Part shown: one piece after another, positions 1 through 12,000 of the stretch
Layout: every line of letters begins with the position of its first letter
How positions within the stretch are numbered: the first letter of the stretch is position 1
Origin: a virus
Taxonomy: Duplodnaviria; Caudoviricetes
Strand: one strand, 5' to 3'
Virus record (IMG/VR): IMGVR_UViG_3300025889_000071
DNA length: 64,000 nt
The notes under the pieces: generated by a model
What the model saw: only the letters and a program-made list of their open reading frames with translations
What the model was told of the DNA's origin: nothing
The model's database searches: none
Program-made: the position numbers and the translations under genes

Positions 1-2
1 AA

Positions 3-3000
3 ATAGTTAGGCCATCGGACTATGTTATTTCACCTTCAAATGCCATTTATCAAAAAACAAAGGATTTAGTAGCAGAATTTATATCTGGAGATCCATATGA
101 TTTAGTTAATAAAACTCTTTATCAAAGTGGTGATGAAAATATACCGGAAGCATATTCGCCAGTTTCAAATGTAGAGAAAATATCTACTGGTTCATTAAAT
201 AAGGATTATTATCGAATAACCATAGATGGTTCTTATCTCAAAAAAGAGGGATCAAATACAGAATCAATATATGATAATTTTTCAATACACCCAAAAACAA
301 AATGTATTGGTGAGATTGGTATTGGACAAACATTCATAGATGTTGACTCTACAGTAGGATTTCCAAATTCTGGCTCTTTAGATGTTGTATATAATGATTT
401 CACTACGGATACTATCACATATTCAAACAAGACAATTAATCAATTTTTGGATGTATCAGTAATATCTAAAAGAATTTTAGATGGTTCTGATATAGATTAT
501 TCATCCTTTGCATATTCTGCTGGATTAGGTAGAACTGATGGGATTAAATTAAGAATAAGATCGGTGATAGGTGGATATAATATTCCAAAAGTAACTTATC
601 AACAAAATATTGGTTCTAAGATAAAAATAAAATCTTTAGGAAAAATTGGCAATAAACTTAAAGAAAATAATTGGATATTTAACAATTCCCAATCATATAA
701 TGTGGAGTCTTTGGAATTAATTGACTCTAGAAATTTCGTTTATAGATTAACAACTATTGATGATAATATTCTAAGAGTTGGCGATACTTTGAGATTAAAA
801 TCACTAAATGATGTATTTTTAACTGATGATTTTACAGTTACAACGATAATTAATAATAAAATTTCTTTAATACGTGGAAGTGACGTTGAAAATCCCAACG
901 GAATAGTAAGTGTTAATAGAATTTTAAATAAAGTTAAAACTAATATACACCCACAACTTAGTAAATTTACTGCAAATGTTCAAAATGTTTATATCGATAA
1001 TGATGATGATAGTGTTTTAGTAGCTTCAAATTCTTTGCCGTATTTTGAGTCACCTACAAATCCAGATATTCAAAAAATAATTCTTTCTGGTTTAGTTGCA
1101 AATAATCAAACTACACTTAAAGTTACTGAAGATTTTGATCATAATTTTTTCACTGGAGATTCAATTTATTATACTCCAAATAAAGATAATAATGGTAATG
1201 TGATTAGTAAAATTTTTGATGAAGGTTTATATTTTGTTCATAGAGTTGATTCTAATAATGTAAAGTTGGCAAAAAGTGGATCTGATTTATATAACGAAAA
1301 ATATGTTACAATTGATGATCTTTCCGGAAAAGCAAACGTAGATATTACTAATCATATTATAGAAAAATATGCATTTAATGGGAAGATTATTGAGCCGCAA
1401 AAATTAATCAGAAAAATTCCCAATATCCATAATCAGAGAGATGATGAAGTAAATGAAAAGTCACTTGCCACTAAAGCAGGGGCTACTGGAATTTTTATAA
1501 ATGGTGTTGAAATTTTAAATTATAAGTCTCATAGTTATGTGCATTATGGAGAAATTGAAGAAATTAATCTTACCTCCCCTGGTTTTGGATACGATGTGAT
1601 TAACCCACCACTATTATCAATTTCAGATTCTGTTGGTAGTGGAGCCACTGGAGTCTGTGGCGTGAAAGGAAACTTTGTAGATATTGATTTAATCGATGGG
1701 GGATTTGATTATCTTGATATTCCATCTATTCAAATAACCGGTGGAAATGGAAAATCAGCCAAAGCATCTGCAAATACAACGTTTGTAGATCATACACTCT
1801 CATTTGATTCCTCCAATCTACTCGACATTTCTGTAGATTTTGAATTGAGATCTGGTTTTGGTGGAATTTCAACTGAAACATCAAAAATTGGATTTTCAAC
1901 ATATCATAGATTTAAGAATGGAGAATCTGTAGTATATAAAACTCTTGGAGGAAATGCAGTCACAGGATTGTCAACGGATTCAACATATTATGTAAATGTA
2001 GTTAATGATTATGATATAAAGTTACATTTATCTAAAGGAGATGCATTAGCATCCTCTGGAACTGGTATTAATACAATTTCTTTATCGGATTTTGGAACGG
2101 GTAATCATTCTTTTACTGCAATACCAAAACTATCAGTTTCTTCAATAAGAATTATTGATCCTGGATTTGATTATGAAAATAAAAAGAGAATGTGTTCATC
2201 AGCGGGTATTAATACTTCCATCAATACGATAGATATACTAAATCATGGGTATAAAACTGGCGAAATAATTAGATATTCTTTTAATGAAACATCTATTGGA
2301 GGTCTTTCTACAACAAAGGATTATATAGTAACAACTATTAATAATGATTCCTTTAAATTATCTGATGTTGGAATCGGTTCTGATTTAAAATATTTGTATT
2401 TTAATAGAAACGTCTTTAAAAATTTAACGTCTTCTGGTTCGGGATTACACACTTTCAATTATCCAGAAATTTCTGTAAAAGTTATTGGAAAAGTTGGAGT
2501 AACTTCTATAGGTGAAGATACTTTTGAAGCTAAAGTTCAACCAATAGTTCGTGGTGAGTTAACTTCAATACATTTAACTAATAATGGACAAAATTATGGA
2601 ACTAGTAGAATCTTAAACCTTAAAAGATTGCCAAAGGTAAGTTTAATTAGTGGAACTGATGCTGCACTAAAACCTGTCATACTAAATGGACAAATTGTCA
2701 ATGTCGTAATTTTAAATTCTGGAAAAGATTATACATCTATACCAGATTTGATTGTACGTGGTACAGGAACATCTGGAAAATTAGTACCGATATTAAAAGA
2801 TGGTGCTATTGTTGATGTTAAAATATCCAGACCTGGCGTTGGATATGAGCAAAATTCCACATCAATTGAAGTGTTGCCGGCCGGCAATAATGCAGAATTT
2901 GAATCAGTAATTCAATCGTGGAGAGTGAATGAGGTTCGAAAAAATCTATCAAATGTCAAGGATGATGATATTTTTGTTTCTCCTAGTATGAATGATGGCA

Positions 3001-6000
3001 AAGGATTGCAGTGTTATTTTGCTTATGGCCCAAGAAATTTAAGAAAATTAGTATATTCCACTGATAGGGGTGGGAGAATTTTGTATGGTAGAAATGATCT
3101 AAGAATTGTGAATGGATTAGAGTCTAGCAATATAAACCACTCACCAATTATTGGATGGGCATATGATGGAAGTCCGATATATGGTCCATATGGATACAAG
3201 ACAAATAAAGGAACTGGAGGAGTAACACAACTTAAGAGTGGTTATACATTAAAGTTATCCCCCAATAGACCTCCATTAGTAAATTTTCCTGAAGGATTTT
3301 TTGTTGAGGACTTTGAGTGGAGTTATTCTTCTTCTGAAGATACTCTTGATGAAAATAATGGAAGATTTTGCATAACACCAGAATTTCCAAATGGAATCTA
3401 TGCGTATTTTACAACTTTTGACGCAATACCATCAGAGGATGGGGTATTTAAAAATTTTAAAGCACCCACATTTCCATATGTAATTGGAAATTCATATCAT
3501 AAAACTCCAGATGAGTTTAATTTCAAAAAAAGATCAAATCAGGATGATATAAATTTAAATGATTTTAATATAAGTAGAAATACATATCCATATTTGCTGT
3601 CTAATGATAATAGTGGTTATGATTATCTGGTAGAATCTTACAAATTTACCGATCAAGATCCTACTATTACATCAGTAAATAGGGGAAATATTACATCAAT
3701 TGGTATTGTTAGTGAAGGTATAAATTATCAAGTTGATGATACAGTCGTTCTTGACGCATCGACCACCTCTAGAGATTTTGGGCAAAGTAACAAAGTTTCT
3801 CTGATAGGAGGAGTTGGTGTATCTTCAATATCTTGCGAAACCTTTATCGTACCAAACTTAGAATTTTATCCAAATGGAAGCACTGTAGTAGCTGTACACA
3901 CTACTAACCATAATATTAGTAATAATGAGGCATTGAATGTAGTTGGACTGAGCACTGAAAAATACATTAAACCGGGTCAGTATACTGTTGGTATTTCTTC
4001 ATTAACATTTGAACTGCAAAATACTTTAAATGCTCAAAATATAACCGGAATTGTTACTTACATAAACATTAAGGCTAATACAACTTCATTTTTCTCAGAC
4101 TTAAAGTTTGTAGAACCAAATGATGTATATAATTTATATGCAAATAAGACGTATACTGAATCAGTTCGTGTTCTTCTCCCACAGGTCGGAACTGCAATTA
4201 CAAGCAAGGCTTTGGATCCTGAAAGCAATCCTACAAGATTTACCGATGCTGCCGTATATGACTATATATGGGATAATTATGATGAATTTGATGTTGATGG
4301 TGATGGAGTAGTTTCTTTTAATGATGCGATAGTTATAGTAAGACACCTGTATGGAGACGAGGTTAAGGAAAGGGGTGCTTTTTCTGGAAATCGTATTTTT
4401 TCTACAGGTGGCGGTATTAGTGGAATTGGTTATAGTGGTGTGCCGGCCGCCGCCACAAGAACTACCAACAGAGAAGTGAGAGATTTCTTGGATTTCAGAT
4501 CTTTTCATTCTAGGGAAGGTAATATTGGAGTTTCTACAAATGTAATTACTGGTATACAAACGGGATATCTTTTTTATGGATCAGATCCAGATAATGTTGT
4601 TCGTGGAAAAGTTAGTATTGGCCAATCCGTCAACAGTACATTTGTGGCTGCTGGCACTACAGTGACTGCTATTGGTAAAAATTCTATTACTATCAGCAAC
4701 ACTACAACAAATACAGAAACTCAAGTAGGAACTTCAATTACATTTGGAAATGGATTGTATGATGTTGATGGTAATGGTCAAATAACTGTTTTTAGTGATG
4801 GCATAATGATAGCTAGAGTTTTTGGCCCTAGTGAATTTAAAAATCCATCTGATAATGGCATAGCTGGTTTTGCTACTGATAATACAATTTTTGATACTCT
4901 TAAGGTTTTAAATATAGATCCAGATTTGGGAAGAATTAGAGTATTACGAACAGGTAATGGAACATATAGTGGTGTATTTGGTTCTAACAGTGAACTTGTA
5001 GAAAGATCTAGAAAAGTAGAGATTCCATTCATTGGAATTTCAACAGTTAATGACTCAAGAAAAACCTATGAGTATTATTTTAATCCTACAGAATCCATAG
5101 GAATAGGGGAAGACATTAGTGCAGGTGCAGGTACTACAATTACATTTACGAATCCTGGTGCTGGCCAAACTCAGGTCTTTGTTCCAACCAGAGCAATTTA
5201 TCTTCCATATCATACATTAAGAACTGGTGATAAAGTTGTATATAAGACAAATATTGGAGATACAATAGGTGTATCTACTGTTAGTGGAGGTTCTAGTGTA
5301 CCTCTTACCCAATATTCCGAGTTATATGTTGGAAAAATAAATGACAACTTTATTGGACTTTCTACAGTAAAAGTTTCTGCGGGAACAACGGATGGAATTT
5401 TTGTTGGGGTTACACCAGAAACAGAGCATCATGAATTGCTCTATTTTGTTGGGTTGGGGACAGGTGTATATCACAGTTTAACATTTAATAATCCAGACAC
5501 AGTAACTGGTAATTTAGAAAAGAACATCGTTACTGTTTCAACTTCAAGTACGCATGGATTATCTCTTCTTGATAATGTTTTTGTTGAAGTAAAACCAAAT
5601 ATTAATGAAACAATAAAAGTAAAATATAACAAGAGTATTAGAAAATTAATTGTCAATGAATATGATTATGTCACATCAGGAATTTCTTCCGAAAATAGAA
5701 CAATTTCTATAACAGATCATAAACTTTCAACAGGCCAAAAAGTTATTAATTTTTTAAATACATCTATTAATGATGATTCTTTTAAAGATGAGGGAGAATA
5801 TTATGTATACGTTGTTGATAGAAATACAATCAAGTTAACAAATGAAAAATATGAATTATTCGAAAAAACTCCATCATTTATTGGACTTTCTACTCTTTCT
5901 TCAGGATCTTTATCTTTAATAAATCCCCCCTTAAATCTAGTTAAAAATTCTACGGTTAAATTTGATTTATCGGATTCTTCGTTATCTTATGTTCAAAATA

Positions 6001-9000
6001 ATATTTCATATTCAGCGTTTAGATTTGATTTTTATAGAGATTCTAGTTATAAAGACATATATGTTACTAATGAGTTAAATTCATTATTCGCAGTATCTTC
6101 TGAAGGACAAATTGGAGTAACTGCAGGTGCAAATTATACATTGACAGTCAATGATAATACTCCAAATAGACTTTACTATAAATTAACTCCCATTGATTTA
6201 AATCAAAATGTAATAGAAAATAAACAAATTTCCGTAGATAAAGAAGTAGAATTTTTTAATTCTATTTTTCCAATAGATAGTGATTATTCTGGAAAGCATA
6301 CGGTTACTGGAATTGGATCTACATCTTTTTCATATTTACTTTCAGTAAAACCAGAAGCATCTGCTTATATTTCAACAAACACATCACTATCATATAATAC
6401 TACATCATCTAGTGCATATGGACCAATAAAAAATATATCTGTTGGTAATGGGGGCAAATATTATTCAGAAATTCCAGGAATTTCTGAAATAGTGACTGGA
6501 ATAGGAACTGGAGCTATTCTTAATGTCTTCAGTGACAGTATTGGTAAAATTAATTCAGTAAGAATTGATGATATTGGATTTGATTACCCATCAGATTTAA
6601 CTTTAAAACCTGAAGTATACATTCCACAAATATTAAGAGTTGAACAATTATCAAAGTTTAAGTCAATTAGTATAATCACAGATACTCAAGGTGCTACAGG
6701 GCCCACTAATATTTTTAGACACAATATACCACCAAAACTTGTTGTAGTTGATGGAATTACTAACAAAGTTGTGGATGATGCAATTTTGAAAATGAATCTA
6801 CCTGAAAAAAAGGTAGACATTCTTCAAAATACATTTTCATTATCTGATGCTATACCAAAATTAATTCCTACAGAAAATGTAACTGGAATTGGATTCACTT
6901 CTTTAACATATGACATTTCAACCAAGGAAGTCACTGTTTCTTTGACTAACGCTCAAGGACCAAAATTTGCAAATCTCAATCAAAATACCACCGAAGATTT
7001 TGTAAATATTAGAGTTGGTGATAATGTTTTAGTAGAAAACGTAAGTGTTGGAGTAGGAACTACTGGAACTGGATATAATTCTTCAAATTATAATTACAAA
7101 TTATTCCCAGTGGTAGGTGTTACTACTGCAACAGGAATTGTTACATTTAGTATGAGTAGTGTTATTGAGGACGATTATAATCCAGGTAAATTTATTAGTA
7201 ATTTATCTTCACCTTCATTATTACCAGAAAGACTATTTCCAAAGTTCTCTATAGAGTTAGATAAAACTGGATTTAAAGAATCCGAAATTGTGAAGTCTGG
7301 TTCTAAGACAGGAAAGGTAATAAAATTTGATAGTTTCAATAAATTAGTTCATATTGAAAGCGCAGACGAATTTTTTATCAATGATACGTTAATTTCAGAA
7401 TCCTTCGGAACAAAAGCTATAGTAAAAGATAATACTTTCTTTGAAAGTAGATTAGATTTAGACTATTATTCTATAATTGGAAGAAAATGGTCAAACACCA
7501 CAGGTTTTATAAGTGATAATTTGCAAAGGGTACATGACAACGACTACTATCAATATTTTTCATATGCAGTAAAATCTAAAATTGGTATTGATAAGTGGGA
7601 TGAAAGTGTAAGTACTCTTAATCATGCTGCAGGATTTAAAAAGTTTAGTGATTTACAAATTGAATCTTCGGTCCCAACTTCTTTGAGTATGAAACCAACG
7701 ATTGAAGAAGTTACTACCGTGTTTATTACTCTCGATAATATTGTAGATTTGAACTGCTATGATAACTTTGATTTAGTTCATGAAAATTTACTTATTTCTG
7801 ATGGTAATAGGACATTTTCAAATGAAATTAATTTTACATCCACAATCTTAACAGATTATGATGAATCTATTTCAAATAGAGTAGTTAATATTGATGATGT
7901 CAGTGGAGAGTTTAATAGTAATCCAAGATCAACACCATTTTCGGAAATATTCAGAACATTAACAGAAGACACAAGATCTCAAAAATTTATCACATACGTT
8001 AGAGATAGAACTTTTGTTGGAGAAAGGCAATTGATGGTGGCCACTGTTCTAACTGATACTGATCGCGCCTTAGGCATGATTAATCAATATGGAACTGTCT
8101 ATACTCAATCTGATTTAGGATCTCTCGATTATGTGATTGACGGCAATGATGGTGTGCTTCGTTTTTATCCGACAAAATATCAATATAATAATTATAATGT
8201 TTCGTTCTTTGCATATTCTTTAGAAGATATAGTATCAATATCAACAGTATCTTCATCGCATACTGTAGGAATTTCTTCAGAATTAGCAGGAAAACCTCAA
8301 GGAAGTATAGCCAGTATAGGATCTTCCGAAATACTTACAGTTGGTACTGCGGTTACAAATTTAGTGGTCATTTCGGGTATTGGAACTACCCTTCCTAGTG
8401 TTAGGTCTGCAAAAGTTTTAGTCAATATTGAAGTCGATGATGGTCAAACTGAATTTAATGAACTTAATGTTATTCATAATGGAACAGATGCACATCTATT
8501 AGAATTTGGTCAACTAAATGCACATTCAATTGATACTTTTGGATCATCTGGTCTTGGAACATATGGTGCATCAGTTTCTAGTGATAATGAATTGATAATT
8601 GAGTTCACTCCATCAGTAGGACTTGGAACAACTGCAGTAATTAGTGCAAATACTATTACTGTGGGTCTCTCTACAGAAATCTATAATAATCAAAATTCTG
8701 GACTTGGTTCTGAGTCTACATTAAGTTCGGGAACATTAATAACAAAATGTACAGAATTAATAGGTGGTTCTGCAGAGTCTGTTGCAGAATTTTCAAGTGA
8801 GTTTGATGCTGCGTATTCAATTATTCAAGTTGCAGATCTTGATAATGATATGTATCAAATGTCAGAGGCTATCATTGTTTCTGATGGAACAGATGCTCAC
8901 ATTACAGAATTTGGAAATGTAGAAACTAATCATAGTTTGGGTGAAATGACTGGAGGTGTTAATTCAGGAATAACCCAGATTACATTCACTCCTGCTGCTG

Positions 9001-12000
9001 GAGTTGGAGATCTTCATGTCAAATCATTTACACATGCAATTAAAGTGGATACTGGAACTGATTCTGGAGAAATTGATTTAGATAACTCCAAATTGATAAC
9101 AAATTCAGGAACTTACACTGGAACTGAATTAGATGTTAGAAAAGATTTTGAAATTCTCCATAAAACATATCCAGTATTTAAGAGAGTATTTGATGGATCT
9201 GACAGCAGTTTTGTTGATGTGGTCAATAATAAAATTATTCTACCATACCATTTCTTTACAACAGGAGAGAAAGTAGAATACAGACCTAAAACAGGAATTG
9301 GTACTAATAGTATAGGTATTGATGATATAACTGTTGGAAGTGGTACTACAGATAAATTACCAACTACAGTATATGTAATTAAATTAAGTGAAAGTGAAAT
9401 TAGATTTGCACAAACCGCTGAAAATGCCCTTAAACCTTTCCCAGAACCAATTACAATAACTTCAGTTGGAATTAATAGTGATCATAGCATAACTTCAACT
9501 AATCAAAATCAGAGAGTATTAATTTCTATTGATAATTATATACAGTCTCCTATAGTTTCTACATCAGTAACAACATCTTTAGCAGATCAAGTTTTGATAA
9601 CAGAGGATTCCGTCAAATTCTCGGGAATAACTTCGTTCTTTAGTGGTGATTATATTAAGATTGATGATGAAATCATGAGAATACGTGGAGTTGGTATTGG
9701 TTCCACTAATGCAATTACGGTCTTTAGAGCCTGGGCAGGAACCTCACTTGCTGGACACTCTACGGATAGTTTAGTTACAAAGATCAAAGGAAATTATAAT
9801 ATTATTGGAAATACACTAAACTTTATTGAAGCTCCTTTTGGCAATAATCCAATAAGTTCTACAACTAATGCACCATCTGAAAGAGATTGGGAAGGTATTA
9901 CTACATCATCTTCATTCCATGCAAGAGCGTTTATGAAAACGGGTGTTGTTGGAGCTACCACAGACACATATGCAGGAAACTACATATTTGACGACATTTC
10001 TCAAAACTTTAGTGGAAGTGAGGACACTTATATAATAACTTCAGGAAATTCAAATGTTGTAGGAATCTCTACTAATAATGCGATAGTATTGATAAATGGT
10101 ATTTTACAAGAACCAGGACTTAATAATGATTTTACTATAACTGAAGATTCTGATGTTGGAATAAGTTCTATTAAATTTACGGGAACAGCGAGTGCCACTT
10201 CTACTGATCCAAATTCACTTAATGTTCCTGTAGGAGGTATTATAGTTTCTGTAGCCTCATCTAGAGGACTTGGATATCAACCTTTAATATCTGCAGGTGC
10301 AACTGCTGTAATTTCAGTTGGAAATACTGTTGAATCTATTACTATTGGAAATACTGGTTCTGGTTATAGATCAAATAACATTTATGAAATTGAAACAACA
10401 ACAAAATATTCTGTTGGTGTAGGATCTACTAACATTTTACTTTCAAATACTAATAGTGCCCTTAATGTTATTAATTTGAACACAAGTTCTACTAATACTA
10501 TTGCAATTGGTACATACATTAAAGAAACAACATCTATTGTTTCTATAGCAAATACATTTGTTGGTATTGGTTCCACTTCTCCATATGAAATACCTGCAGG
10601 CACTTCAGTGAAGATTCAGATAGAGAATCCGGATGTCGGTATTGTAAATGTTGGTGTTGCTACGACTTCTTTGGGTATTGTGAATGTAACTCATGTCGGT
10701 TTTAGTACAATAAATGCAGGATTTGTTACGTCTGTGACAATAACAAATGGTGGAGATGGATTCTCATCAACAAATCCCCCATATGTAATATTTGATGAAC
10801 CTCTCCCATATTCCAACATACCTTTAGTTTATAGTGAAACTTCTGTTGGAAGTGGAGGAACACAGGCAAAAGTTAATATTACTGTTGGACAAGGTTCTAG
10901 TGTGATTGATTTTGAAATCATTAATCAAGGTTATGGATATGGTCAAGGACATGTGCTTACCATTCCTACAGGAGGTATTACCGGTATTCCTACAGATTCT
11001 TCAATTGGAACATCATTTGAAGAATTTAAATTGACAATACAAGAAACATTAACTGATGAATTTTCTGCATGGTTTATCGGTGAAATAGAACCACTTGATG
11101 ATTTCTCCGATCTTTTTGATGGATCCAGAAAAACATTCTCATTATTTAGATCTGGAAATAGATTGTCAGTTCAGTCTGATTATGGATCAATTGTAAACGT
11201 TGATGATGTCTTAATTGTTTTCATTAATGATATTTTACAAATTCCTGGCGATTCCTATACATTTAGTAGTGGAAGCACAATTACTTTTAGTGAAGCTCCA
11301 AAATCCGGAGATAGATTAAAGGTATTGTTCTATAAAGGAACGAGTGGAACTGATGTATTGCCAAAAGAAGTTACTAATGAAGTGCATGAGGGTGATGAGT
11401 TAATAATAAATTATGATAAATCTTTAAATCAAAACAAATTTAATCAACAAGACAATAGATCTGTTTATAGTGTACTTAGTTCTGGAACAGTTAAAACAAA
11501 TTCATATTATGGTCCAGGACTATTATCAGACTCTTCTATTCATAGACCTGTTACTCTTTGCAAGCAAACTGAAGATAAAATGATCGAAGGGTTTGTAGTA
11601 AATAAAGATCGTGAGCAGTATGAACCAATCATTTTCCCCACAGCACATTTAATTACTAATATTGGAATAGGTTCTACAATAGCATTTGTTGATAATATTC
11701 GACCATTCTTCAATCCATCAAATGAAGCATCTAATTTAGATTTCCAAAATGATATAATTATTGTAGAAAATGGAGAAAAGGTTTCTGCAGCTGCTACTGC
11801 AATAGTTGGAGATGACACTCTAATTCAATCTATTGTTATTTCTGAAAATGGTGTTGGTTATAGTACAGCAACTGTGAGCATTGCAAGCACTGATGGTACT
11901 TTGGGTGTTGGAACAACAGCAGTAGCTAAAGCATACGCTATTATAAGTATTGGTGGAACAATAAATTCCATAGCTATTACAACATCTGGAATAGGTTATA

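Noticed and set aside
447-449. Start of the 4064-aa ORF at TTG 447
   Set aside because: The frame is open to base 3, so the gene begins upstream of the window.
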